Positions 11,445 to 24,319 of a stretch of DNA of 64,000 bases are shown piece after piece; positions within the stretch are counted from its first letter, which is position 1, and the number at the start of each line of letters is the position of its first letter. The stretch covers positions 27,280,001-27,344,000 of the forward strand of contig OX597814.1 in assembly GCA_951406725.2 (NCBI GenBank), given 5' to 3'. This DNA is from Octopus vulgaris (lineage: Eukaryota). The notes beneath the pieces are model-generated. The model searched no databases. It was not told the origin of the DNA and was given only the letters and a program-made list of their open reading frames with translations. The position numbers and the translations under genes are program-made.

Positions 11445-14164
11445 CTCATATATGAATTCTACTCTCCATGTATTGTGTAAATTTGATCGATTGTAGTTAA
11501 CTTTGCTCTTACAAAAATACATTTTCAACTTTGTGTGTGTGTATGAATATATATATGCATATATGTATGTATGTATGTGATACATACACACACATGAACA
11601 GATGCATGCATATACACACACATATTGGTATTATTGAAAGAAACATCCAACAATAGGATAGAACTTGTTCTGAGATAAAGACAAAGAAACCACCCTCTCC
11701 CCCCTCACCTTCCCCAATGGAAGGATATCATTAAAAGCTTTCTTGGAGAAAAGTGAACTAGGTCAGGATAAGATTAAAAGTACAGAGTACAAGCATATGA
11801 GAGAAGAAGTGAAGCAGAGTGGAAAGGCGAGGAAAAGCTAAATTAAAAGGTGCCTACTCTGTTAAAAGGAAATACAAGGCTGACTAATATTTCTTGCAGA
11901 CTTTTTCTTTTTCTTTTTATTTATTTTTTTTTATTCAACATAAGCTAAATTTCCAGATCCATGTACATAAGCTATGATATGGATTGATGTGTAAGAGAAA
12001 TGGATAAAAAAAATACATAAGAAAATCTAAATAAAATTGTCTCTTTAATATGTCTTAAAATTGCCTGTTTAATATGCCTTAGGTGAATTAATAATGTGTT
12101 AAATGTTAATTAGAAATGCAGGAATCAAATGTCACAGATATTAGCTTTGATGTCATAATCTAGGCGAAAATAGAAGCAAAGAATTTGTCTATGCATTCAA
12201 CGTATTTGATGTTATTGACTGGGACAGTAATGGTAATGATGATGATGATGATGATATCATCCCATTACATTATATTACTTTATGTTCTGCTAATCTGTTA
12301 TGCTCCCTTTATATGCTCTAAGTTCAAATCCTACCAGACTTTACATTCCAACTAAGATTGATAAAATAAGTACCAGCAATATACAGAAGTAAATGTAACT
12401 GACTTTACCATTTCCTTACAGTTTGGTGTTAGTTTTATATTTGGTTTTCTTTCATTATATTACAGATCATACAACATATAAATTGATGAGATGGGGTGGG
12501 TGATTATGTGATTTAATATTTTGATAATGATTAGTGTAGTGTCTTTAAAAAAGTATTTGATGTACTTTCATGTAAACAAATAAACAAACCATAAGGAGAA
12601 AAGTAAACCTATTTCATATGTAATTTTGTATTTATTATTCAGAAAAAAAAAGAGACAGAAGACTTATTTTTAAAAAGAGGGTTTTAACAATATTATTTTA
12701 TTTAAGACATAAAATAGTTTTTAAAAAGAAATCTTGTTGCACTGGGATTTCTGAATACAGTTGGTGTAATGCCAAATTGTTATCTAAAATGGGATTTTTT
12801 TTTTCTATGCAGGCATAAAATTATCTCAAAATGCTTATTTAACATATTTGTAATGTTTTAAAAATAATTTAAAAGTACATGAACTGCAGAATGAGTTGAA
12901 TTCTGTATAAGGTATGGCTTTGTCCAAAAGGCATTACCTAATATTGTGGATTGAATTATTATTTTAAAGAAAAGTTAATTGTATTCCTAAACAAATGTCA
13001 AATCCTTTGTGTAATGTCCCAAAGGCAAAATTATGTAGATAATATCTAATCTTAAATTGGTTTGTTGTAAGCCTGGTGTAATCTAAAGCATTCTGATTAA
13101 TGTTAGATGTGATAATGGCTGCATAAACAATGGACTTTTCTAGACAATAACAATTGACAGGACATATGCTTTGTAAATAGCAATTCCATTTTGATGTGTT
13201 AATGCTCTTTGGATTCTGGTAATTTGAATTACTATTATATTTTATTTTATTATGTATTATTATTATTATTTTAACCAGTGGTATGTCAGTGAAGTTTGTT
13301 AATGTTATGTAGCTTACTTATTGGGAAAATTTTTCTGTTTCTATCCAAGAGGAAAGTGCAAATTTACAAAATGAAGTATTAATTCTAGTTATGATACTGA
13401 TTAATTGAATGTAGTGGATGTAACCTTTCTTTTACATAAGTTGGGTGGGTTTGTGATATTCAGTAATTTCCTTTAAAAAAACCCATAGATGTTCCTGCAT
13501 GCATCATCATCATCAGTTTTTTTTTTTCTATCTGCTTTTTCCATAATGGAATGATCTGGATGAGACTAATTGAGGTAGTATTCTAGGGCCAGATGCCATT
13601 CTTAAGGCCAATTTTTGCTGATGTTCAGACAGGATCTTTTTTTTTTTCTATTCCACTAGTTTTCACATAGTGAAACTAACAAAACTAACAACTACAGAAC
13701 ATACTATGTACAGGAGACATAAACAAACATCACCATTGCTCAAATGGTGTATGAACACGCACACACGCACACACGCGCGCACACACACACACACACTCAC
13801 AGAGGACAGGCTTCTGTACAGTTCCCATTCACAAAATTTCATTACTCAACAGAATGAAGCCTCATCATGGTTGAGAATCTAGATTTCTAAGAATACATGG
13901 TGGATGGTTGGAATTATGATCTTCACATAATATTGGTTTCAAATTTTGGCACAAGGCCAGCAATTTCAGGGGAGGAGTAAGTTAATTACATTGTGCTCAA
14001 CTGATACTGAGTTTTGCGACCTTGAAAGGATGAACAACACAGTTGACTTCAACAGAACTTTTTTTTTTTCATTGATGCTAAATATTATCTTAAGAAAAAT
14101 TACTGTTTTGAGGTTACTACGTTTTAGATATTTAGATTTAAGTCACTGAATTGTTTTATCATTT

Positions 14165-14480
14165 ATCTGTCTCAGTCATTGGACTGCAGCCATGCTGGGG
14201 CATCACAGTGAAGTGTTTAGTTGAAAAAAATCAACCCCAGTACTTATTTTTGCCAAACTGCTTAATTATAGGGACATAAACAAACCAAAATTGGTTGTCA
14301 AGTGGTGTGGTGGAGATGAACACATACACAGAAACACACACACACAATGGGCTTCCACACAGTTTCCATCTACCAAATTCACTCACAAGGTTGACATAGG
14401 CTATAATACAAGACATTTGTCCACACTGGACTGAACCCAAAACTCCATGGTTGCAAAGAGAGTTTCTTAGCCTCACAACT
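14165..14480 (-). mobile_element. SINE family B, diverged
   Basis: CAGTCATTGGACTGCAGCCATGCTGGGG through GGACTGAACCC. Confidence 0.75.
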
Positions 14481-14584
14481 ATACCTTCACTTATTGGATA
14501 GGTTTAAGTTAAGTTTTTCTTGACCATGTCTGCTCATTGCACATAGACATTTTTGGTGATTAACAAGTCATTATTTCTTTAGGT

Positions 14585-15860
14585 CAGTGGTTTTTAACCT
14601 TTCTTCATACTCTCTGAGACTCTCCAGTGTATTACTGTGACCCCTATAATAAATTTTGTAATGGTGAACTTTGCATTAAAGGTAGGATAAAAAAAAAACC
14701 ATATGAAGATTGTAATCTATTGAAAATGTTACAAATAAAAAAAAACCTTGAAAAATACTAAAAGTGCTAAAAGAAAATGCATGGAACTACTGAATACCAT
14801 ACAAAACCTACTTATTCACTTAGTGGAAGGGTTGATATAGTTTTGCAGCTATAAGTACAATCAAAGTGAGGAGCAGTGCTCAACAGACAACACCGCATGT
14901 TGGTATCAGTCACAAACCTACTGTGTACCTTCATCATCATCATCATCGTTTAACATCTGCTTTCCATGGTAACATGGGTTGGGCGATTTGACCGAGGACT
15001 GGCGAACCAGATGGCTGCACCGGGCTCTAATCTGATCTAGCAGAGTTACTACAGCTGGATGCCCTTCCTAACACCAACCACTCCGAGGGTGTAGTGGGTA
15101 CTTTTATGTGCCACCGGCACATGGGCCAGTCAGGCGGTACTGGCAACGGATATGCTCAAATGGTGTTTTTTATATGCTACCTGCACAGGAGCCAGTCCAG
15201 TGGCACTGGCAACAACCTCACTCAAATGCTTTTTCACATGCCACCGGCACAAGTGGCAGTAAGGCAACGCTGGCATCAATCCCGCTCGAATTGCTGAGAA
15301 TCCAACCTCACACTGATAGGTTGAGGGGGACTGAATCAGCATGGTCAGTGCACACATCAAAAGAAGAGGATAGTCATCCTTCAGTTTCGCCCAAAATGTC
15401 AGAATCTCTTGTTCAGAAAAATCAACTTTCAACAGAGTATCCTCATGAATTTTAAGAAATTCTACCTTTGCAGCAACATCAGTATCACTGATGGTACTGT
15501 CCTTCACTGAAAAGAGTCTGCAGATCTACACATCAGTACAGCAATCATCCAATTCTGGGAAGTAACTGTCGATGATGTCAATGCCAAAAGATGAGCTGAG
15601 ATCTCTACACAGAAACTGCATTCAGCTTCTGGCACAGAATCCAGGGTAGTTGTCATCTGAGGGAAGAAAGTTGTATAACCGTCCTGAACTCTTTTCTGGT
15701 AGAGTTGAATCTTACACTTGAACGTTACAATGCAAGACCTCAAATACATGAAATAACTTTATTTTCTCCCAAATCCTCCACGACCCCCTCCACCTCACCC
15801 TACCCCTGAAACCTCAAACAGCTCCTCCAAAGGTCACGACCTCCGGGTTAAGAACCACTG
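14585..15860 (-). mobile_element. Internally deleted hAT (Buster/Charlie-type) transposon with transposase C-terminal remnant
   Basis: TIRs CAGTGGTTTTTAACC (14585) and GGTTAAGAACCACTG (ends 15860); 8-bp TSD CTTTAGGT/CTTTAGAT; minus-strand peptide FWAKLKDDYPLLLMCALTMLIQSPSTYQCEVGFS matches the hATC dimerisation motif, with a terminal ...LYQPFH* (cf. QAHPSH*). Confidence 0.9.
14931..15290 (-). mobile_element. Family A retroposon nested in the hAT element
   Basis: (CAT)n tail at 14931 and internal tandem units; interrupts the transposase just after CEVGFSAI. Confidence 0.9.
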
Positions 15861-16492
15861 CTTTAGATTCTGCCATAGATAAACCGACCTCCTTCAAAAA
15901 CAATATAAAGAGTTGCAACCTCTATTTCACAAGTGTACCATATTCTCTACTGAACACTACAACTAAGTTCCTCTTACAAAGGAATGAATCCCTCCTTGCA
16001 ATGACAACACAATTATGAATTCTCTATAACACTGCAATACTGTATTTATTTGACATGGAACTGAATAACTATGAACTGAAATAAAGTAGTTCAACTGAAT
16101 ACCTCAATTTCAACTCACCCAGTTTATTATCTTTTTTTATGTACTTGATATAAAAGTTTAGTATATCAATTTCAAGGCTACGTGGGCATTTCGGTTTATT
16201 GAACCAGGATGTATAAAAGGCAATGTCAATTTCAACAGGCTTTAAACTTCAAAAATATAATGATTTCAAATTTTTGCACAAGGCCAGCATTATCAGGAGA
16301 GGAGATTAAGTACTTAACTGGCATTTATTCTATCAACCCTAAAAGGATATAATAATAATAATGATAATCCTTTTTACTATAGGCACAAAACCTGAAATTT
16401 TGGGCGAGAAGGCTAGCCAATTATATAGCTGGTGATTATTTTATCGACCCCAAAAGGATGGAAGGCAAAGTCAACCTTGAAGGAATTTGAAT

Positions 16493-16848
16493 ACAACCAT
16501 CCGAACGTGGCCGTTGCCAGCGCCGCCCCGACTGGCCTCGTGTTGGTGGCACGTAAAAAGCAGCATCCGTTCGTGGCCGTTGCCAGCCTCGCCTGGCCCC
16601 CGTGCCGGTGGCATGTAAAAAGCACCATCCGATCGTGGCCGTTTGCCAGCCTCGTCTGGCACCTGTGCCGGTGGCACGTAAAAAGCACCCACTACACTCA
16701 CGGAGTGGTTGGCGTTAGGAAGGGCATCCAGCCGTAGAAACATTGCCAGATCAGACTGGCCCTGGTGCAGCCTTCTGGCTTCCCAGACCCCAGTTGAACC
16801 GTCCAACCCATGCTAGCATGGAAAGCGGACGCTAAATGATGATGATGA
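16493..16848 (+). mobile_element. Family A retroposon, young, nested in a family E SINE
   Basis: Three tandem units, GGAAGGGCATCCAGCCGTAGAAAC and (GAT)n; flanks (~16370-16490 and ~16850-16920) are two halves of a minus-strand family E copy. Confidence 0.9.
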
Positions 16849-16952
16849 ATGTAAAGACAGACGAAATGCTGCTTAGCATTTTGCCCGATGTGCTAACAAT
16901 CTTGCCAGCTCACCACCTTTTTATTATAATAATAATAATAATAATAATAATA

Positions 16953-16994
<42 letters not shown>

Positions 16995-17624
16995 TTTGCA
17001 CAAGACCAGCAAAGTTTGTGGGGAGTGGGGTAAGTCAACCACAGAAAGATGAAAAATAAAGTTAACTCCAGTACTTGTCAAGCACTTAAGTCATTAACCT
17101 CAGAATGAGGAACAGTAAAGTTGACCCTCCCCAACAAGTAAGGCTTCGAACTAAGGAATTAAATTAAATTAGATACTAAAAACAAAAATAAAATATCTCT
17201 GCACAAACAAAAACAAATAGCTCATACCTTCATACCTGAAGTATTCACAGCAAGAAGTCACTGTAACACTATGCAATAAAACTGTTAATCTTGTAACAAT
17301 AAAGCCACTAAAAGGTGTGGCAGTTCAGTATTAAAGGTTAATTTTAGTTACTAATATTCCATGTTTACGTGTAATTGCATCACTTAAGAACATTCACACA
17401 ACCTAAACATGAGACCTTCACAATCTCTTTGAACAGAAACCTTGATAATGCTCTTTTATAGTAATATGATTAACCAACAATAGAAACACATAAGCATTAC
17501 ACATATCAAGGAAATAGATCACACCCTGCCCACATTTCAACAACGCAATAAAATTTCATCATGCCCCTGTAAATGCAAGCAAGGCCTTGCAATTTGTCAT
17601 ACTGACCTCAAATATAGATGTGTA

Positions 17625-17940
17625 TCATCATAATCATTTAACATCCGCTTTCCATACTAGCATGGGTCGGACGATTTTGACTGAGGGCTGGCAAACCAGA
17701 TGGCTGCACCAGGCTCCAATCTTGACCTGGCAGAGTTTCTACAGCTGGATGCCCTTCCTAACGCCAACCACTCCAAGAGTGTAGTGGGTGCTTTAACGTG
17801 CCACCGGCTGTACTGGCAACGACCTCGCTCGAATCTTTTTACACATGCCACCGGCACAGGTGCCAGTAAAGCGACACTGGTAACGATCACACTTGAATGG
17901 TGCCCCTTACGATCACACTTGAATGGTGCCCCTTACATGC
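17625..17940 (-). mobile_element. Family A retroposon
   Basis: TTTAACATCCGCTTTCCATACTAGC...GGATGCCCTTCCTAACGCCAACC; a 26-bp duplication ACGATCACACTTGAATGGTGCCCCTT lies at its end. Confidence 0.85.
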
Positions 17941-18239
17941 CAATGTCTTTCATTGTGTGTGTGTGTGTGTGTATGTGTGTGTGTGGAGTGGGGGGGTCAG
18001 TAAAATAAAGTACCAACTAAACCCCTTCCCTCAAAATTGCTGGCCTTCAAACCTGCAATGGACTGGCATCCTATTCAAGGAATGTTGTAATCTCAGTCAC
18101 TTATGCACCAGAGAAACTGAGTAACTGGCCTTATGAGTCCCTAGGCCTCAAGTAAAATACACACACACACAAAGTAAGCTTATAGGTGCAAAATAAGAAG
18201 GAAAAAATAGTATTCAAATACCAAAAACAGAGTAATATA

Positions 18240-18396
18240 ATATTTTATTAAAACCATAAAAGAACTTACCAAAACTGCTGCTCAGTGTTTCACGTGATTG
18301 TTCATCAGGTAGTTGTAATAATCCAAACTGTCTGATGGACAGTCACATGAATCTCTGAATAACAATTCTGAAGATTTTTCAGCTTTAATAAAATAG
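18240..18396. mobile_element. Inverted pair of hammerhead-bearing (Penelope-like) repeat ends
   Basis: Left arm on minus reads AACTAC-CTGATGA-acaatcacgt-GAAA-CACTGAG-CA-GCAGTT; right arm reads AACTGT-CTGATGG...GAAT-CTCTGAA-TA-ACAATT; outer TATTTTATTAAA / TTTAATAAAATA. Confidence 0.55.
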
Positions 18397-18414
18397 TGTG
18401 TGTGTGTGTGTGTA

Positions 18415-19040
18415 TTTATTTATTCTTTTGTTTCAGTCAGTTGACTGCAGCCTTAACCCTTTAGTGTTTAAACTGGCCATATCAGGCCAATATAGTCCTC
18501 CTGTTTTATGCTCAAACCAGCCAGCTCTGACCTCTCACACCTACCCTACAAAGTCAGTCTAAAAATAAACAGGAGCATCATCAAAATCCCAGAGTTACAA
18601 GATGCTGTACAATAAATTTAAAACAATGTAATTAAACAGGCTTTACATTTGACAGATTAATCTGAATGCTAAAGGGTTAAAGGTTGTTAATTGAAAAAAA
18701 TCGGCCCTAGGACTTATTCTTTGTAATCCTAGTACTTATTCTATGAGTCTCTTTTGCCAAACTGCTAAGTTATGAGGACATAAACACACCAGTATCAGTT
18801 GTCAAGTAATGGCTGGGGGGAGCAAACACAGAGACAGACACACACACAAATATATACATGCATATATATATACAACAGGTTTCTTCCAGTTTCTGTCTAC
18901 CAAATCCACTCACAAGGCTTTGGTCGGCCTGAGGCTATTGTAGAAGACACTTGCCTAAGGTGCCATGCAATGGAACTGAACCTGGAACCATGTGGTTGGG
19001 AAGTTGGGAAGCAAGCTTCCTACCACACAGCCATATTTGC
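18415..19040 (-). mobile_element. SINE family B interrupted by a piggyBac MITE
   Basis: B-family 3' end at ~18425-18452, resumes at ~18690 through the head near 19030. Confidence 0.85.
18457..18676. mobile_element. piggyBac-type MITE
   Basis: TTAA|CCCTTTAGTGTTTA ... TGAATGCTAAAGGG|TTAA. Confidence 0.9.
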
Positions 19041-20119
19041 ACCTATTTATATATATATATATATATATATAAATAAAACATAATCAAACCTGCATCACAC
19101 ACATACACAGTAGAATTCTTTTTCAGAGCAGAAAGTACTTCAGTTGTTGACCCATTAACATATGTATGAGCAATACCACTTGCATATGTGGATAAGTGTT
19201 GCTACCACAACACAGAAACAGTCTTAATTGCAGCAAAAAGAAGATCATTTGACTGATTAACAAAGATATAATTTGCCAACATATTTGAACCACTGGCTGG
19301 CTCACAGACACATTGTTTTCTACCTCAACCTCTTCTGATATTTTATTGCAATGATATACTTAGCTACATATATACTCCCTTCAAGAATCATCTGTCCCTT
19401 TTTCCCATAATCATTCTTGTGTCTCATTTCCCACAGCATGCACTAAACACTCTGCCCGATCTTTCTTCTCCCAGGATCACAATGCTCCCCTCCTTGCCCA
19501 GGTTTGTTTTACAGACGTCCATCTAGAGAGATTCAAACAATATACCACATACATAAATCTCACCAGTGTAGGAGGATCTGAAAGGGGGGTATCAGTACCA
19601 CACATCCTCCTTACACAAACACCTACACACATATTACTATTATTTATGCAAATACATTCATGCATACACAAACTTACAAAAATGCATATAGACACTTACA
19701 CACACATATATACAAGCATACACACACATACCAACACATGCATATGCAATAAAAGTAAAAAAGATCTCATTTGGTTTCAATGCTAATTCTAGTTTCTTTA
19801 TCAATGGACTTACATACTTATTGTATTGTCGTGTGTATGTATACACATATACATACATACTCATGCACACATACATAAGAGACGTGGGTTGTAAAGGTGA
19901 AGTAAATTAGAGGCTCGCTTCATCACTTAACTTGTACACAACAGGACCAAATGCTGTCTGCCAACAAGAACCTCTACATGGTGGCTAAACCTGGCAGAAA
20001 AATCTCCAAATTACACATCCTACCATCTTGAAAAGGCAAACATTGAAAAGTAATGTCTAAAGTACACTGGGTTTGAAAAACAAATAAGATCATGTTAATA
20101 GCAATAATAAAAACAACAA

Positions 20120-20830
20120 CAATGGATTCTAACATAGGTACATGGCCTGATATTTGGTGTGGAGATGGGAACAATTGATGCTAACCACCCCATACTTGAT
20201 TGGTACTTTGTTTTCTTGACCTTGGGGGATGAAATTCCACCCAGGCTGACTTTGCCTTTCATCCTTTGGGGACAATAAAATAAGTACCAGCTGAGCACTG
20301 GTCAATGTAATTGACTTACTCCCTCCCCTGAAATTGCTGGCCTTGTGCCAAAATTTGAAATTATTATTATGGTGGCGAGCTGACAGAATTATTAGCATAA
20401 TGCTTAGCGGAATTTCGTCTGCCTTTATATTCTGAATTCAAATGTTGTCACAGTCAACTTTGACTTTCATCCTTTTGATGTTGACAAAATAAGTACCAGT
20501 CAATTCTTGGGGTCAATGTAATCGAGTAGTCTCCTCCCCCAAAATTTCAGGTCTTGTGCCTATAGTAGAAAGGATATTTATTATTATTAAGATGGTGAGC
20601 TAAAAGCATCATTAAGGTAGTGAGCTGGCAAAATTGTTACTGCATCAAACAAAATGCTTAGTAGCTTTTTTCCCATCTTTATGTTCTGAGTTCAAATTCT
20701 GCCAAGGTCAACTTTGCCTTCCATCCTTTCAGGGTTGATAAAATAAGTACCAGTTAAACTTATGAGGGTTGATGTAATTGACATACCCCTCCCTGAAATC
20801 GCTAGTCTTGTACCAAAATACAAAATCATA
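20120..20830. mobile_element. Cluster of family E SINEs (one inverted, then head-to-tail copies)
   Basis: Recurrent GACTTTGCCTTTCATCCTTT..GATAAAATAAGTACCAG..AATGTAATTGAC block near 20250, 20460 and 20710, separated by ATT runs; minus-strand copy at ~20120-20245. Confidence 0.8.
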
Positions 20831-20848
20831 ATCATTATTATTATTATT

Positions 20849-21244
20849 GAGTGAGAGAGCAGTTCATACCATCAAAGTGACACTGGGGTAAAGTATACGA
20901 AGCCCAATATACCCATCATGACTACCCGTCTGATAAGGGTACACCAGGCGCATGCATCACAACCATATGTGCGCGACATGGTGATCTCATATCAAGATAA
21001 ACAGCACATGACCTTGCAGGTGGGGCCCAGTTAGAATTTTCTTCAGGTTGAGTAGCCCATCCCGCTCAAAAGGTCCCTGAATAAGGTTGTTTAAGGATGT
21101 TGAAAGAACCACCCATGTTTCCAGAGGTGAATTATTCAAACCCCAAAGAATCCCTCTCAACACATGGCTATGATGCTCCCCTACTACTTCTGCTCGTGAT
21201 CAGAGATGCACATATCGTCAGCCACTAAGGGACATGCTCAACTG
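20849..21244 (-). mobile_element. ~400-bp retroposon embedded in an (ATT/TAA)n tract
   Basis: Complex, CpG-retaining block bounded on both sides by (ATT)n; no TIR and no Pol III head seen; strand inferred from the (TAA)n tail. Confidence 0.6.
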
Positions 21245-21284
<40 letters not shown>

Positions 21285-21874
21285 CTACTACTACTATTAT
21301 AAATAAGTGTGATAACAAAACAAAAACAAATCTCTCTTTAGTCATGTGTCTTCTGCATGAATATTATGGTTTTCAAACTCATATAGTCATGCTGGAAACA
21401 TACACAATCATGTTTATAAATAGACATTCACAAGCTGCTGTTAGAAAACACTCGTGCTTAGAATAGAAGTGAGACATTGAACATTCGGTCAATCACCACT
21501 GAACAATAAAAACAACATTTATGTGCTGTGGCAAGGACACATATGAAATACAATCATTTTTCCCAAGATATTGGTTTCATAGTAAATGGAATAAAGAACC
21601 ACAGATCCAAGCTGCTTTTACAGAGTGATACAAATGTTCCTTTTAAAACACATACATTGTATTTTGTATAAGATTACAAGGTTGTGAGTTCTGTTCCTGG
21701 ACTGGGTGGTGTGTTCTAACTTTGAGTAAGACACTTGCTTTCTGTTATTCAAGTGGACTTGGCTGAAATGAGTACAAGCCAAAATACTGGTATAGTCCTC
21801 TCTCCTAGCTGTCATCACACCTTGGATGTTCCCACTGGGAAGGCTAAGAGGGTGTCTATATCTATACATATATA

Positions 21875-22118
21875 CAGGGTTGGCCAAAAGTCACTCAACA
21901 TTAAATCAAAATTCTATAAATACTTAATATTCAATTTCATTTATTCATTCCAATTATGAATGTTTAATAATTGAATGCTGTGAGTTAAAATCAGTTTTTT
22001 TTTTTCTTTTTCAACATTTATCTATTTATTAGCAAAGTCTCATATGAAATAATTTTTTGCTTTAATCTTGGAATTAAATGGTTTTGATTTACCGTCAGGT
22101 GACTTTTGGCCAACCCTG
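21875..22118. mobile_element. Tc1/mariner-type MITE
   Basis: Perfect 20-bp TIR CAGGGTTGGCCAAAAGTCAC / GTGACTTTTGGCCAACCCTG; TA on the left, TT on the right; AT-rich interior. Confidence 0.85.
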
Positions 22119-22121
22119 TTT

Positions 22122-22152
<31 letters not shown>

Positions 22153-22270
22153 GTTCACAGATGAGGTCCAGATATTTTCCATATAGAACAAACTTAGTAG
22201 TGCTCAAAAGATTCAAACCTAGACTTCATTGTCTTTACAGGGGATATTCCACAAAGTAAAGAAAGGCATA

Positions 22271-24276
22271 AGAGACATAGTGATAACAGAGGGACAAAAC
22301 GACACCGCGCAATGGTAGAAGATGAGATTTTTAGGCGGCAGAAAGAAAGACAGGATTTGAGATGGAATGCTTTGCGATCGTGTGCATAAGTTTCTATGAG
22401 TGGAAGTTGGGAAAAGATGGGTTAGAGAATTTAGCGACAGAAAGAAAGACCAAATTTGAGACGAGATGTTTTTGCGAAGTTTTTGTGAATGAAAGTTTAT
22501 ATGCTTCAGCTAGCATTTGAGACGAAAGACAACGATAACGCCAATATATGGGGAAACAATAATAATAAGAAGGCTTGATGGTGATGATGATACTTGCAAA
22601 AACAATGAAAAGAAGGAACAGGACTTAGCTGATATTTTTCATCCTGCGTATTGGCTAAGCCTGTGGAAGCGAGTGAAGGCGAGATATATATACAGAGAGA
22701 GAGAGAGACAGTGATAACAGAGGGAGAAACCGACACCACATAGCGAGAGAGAGAGAGCGAGAGAGAGAGAGAGAGAGAGAGACATAGTGATAACAGAGGG
22801 ACAAAACGACACCGCGCAATGGGAGAAGATGAGATTTTTAGGCGGCAGAAAGAAAGACAGGATTTGAGATGGAATGCTTTGCGATCGTGTGCATAAGTTT
22901 CTATGAGTGGAAGTTGGGAAAAGATGGGTTAGAGAATTTAGCGACAGAAAGAAAGACCAAATTTGAGACGAGATGTTTTTGCGAAGTTTTTGTGAATGAA
23001 AGTTTATATGCTTCAGCTAGCATTTGAGACGAAAGACAACGATAACGCCAATATATGGGGAAACAATAATAATAAGAAGGCTTGATGGTGATGATGATAC
23101 TTGCAAAAACAATGAAAAGAAGGAACAGGACTTAGCTGATATTTTTCATCCTGCGTATTGGCTAAGCCTGTGGAAGCGAGTGAAGGCGAGATATATATAC
23201 AGAGAGAGAGAGAGACAGTGATAACAGAGGGAGAAACCGACACCACATAGCGAGAGAGAGAGAGCGAGAGAGAGAGAGAGAGAGAGAGACATAGTGATAA
23301 CAGAGGGACAAAACGACACCGCGCAATGGGAGAAGATGAGATTTTTAGGCGGCAGAAAGAAAGACAGGATTTGAGATGGAATGCTTTGCGATCGTGTGCA
23401 TAAGTTTCTATGAGTGGAAGTTGGGAAAAGATGGGTTAGAGAATTTAGCGACAGAAAGAAAGACCAAATTTGAGACGAGATGTTTTTGCGAAGTTTTTGT
23501 GAATGAAAGTTTATATGCTTCAGCTAGCATTTGAGACGAAAGACAACGATAACGCCAATATATGGGGAAACAATAATAATAAGAAGGCTTGATGGTGATG
23601 ATGATACTTGCAAAAACAATGAAAAGAAGGAACAGGACTTAGCTGATATTTTTCATCCTGCGTATTGGCTAAGCCTGTGGAAGCGAGTGAAGGCGAGATA
23701 TATATACAGAGAGAGAGAGAGACAGTGATAACAGAGGGAGAAACCGACACCACATAGCGAGAGAGAGAGAGCGAGAGAGAGAGAGAGAGAGAGAGACATA
23801 GTGATAACAGAGGGACAAAACGACACCGCGCAATGGGAGAAGATGAGATTTTTAGGCGGCAGAAAGAAAGACAGGATTTGAGATGGAATGCTTTGCGATC
23901 GTGTGCATAAGTTTCTATGAGTGGAAGTTGGGAAAAGATGGGTTAGAGAATTTAGCGACAGAAAGAAAGACCAAATTTGAGACGAGATGTTTTTGCGAAG
24001 TTTTTGTGAATGAAAGTTTATATGCTTCAGCTAGCATTTGAGACGAAAGACAACGATAACGCCAATATATGGGGAAACAATAATAATAAGAAGGCTTGAT
24101 GGTGATGATGATACTTGCAAAAACAATGAAAAGAAGGAACAGGACTTAGCTGATATTTTTCATCCTGCGTATTGGCTAAGCCTGTGGAAGCGAGTGAAGG
24201 CGAGATATATATACAGAGAGAGAGAGAGACAGTGATAACAGAGGGAGAAACCGACACCACATAGCGAGAGAGAGAG

Positions 24277-24319
<43 letters not shown>

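Noticed and set aside
17220-17245. Possible minus-strand microexon or tandem donors (TTCAG GTATGAAG GTATGAG)
   Set aside because: Splice-like words alone are common; no supporting acceptor tract or partner exon.
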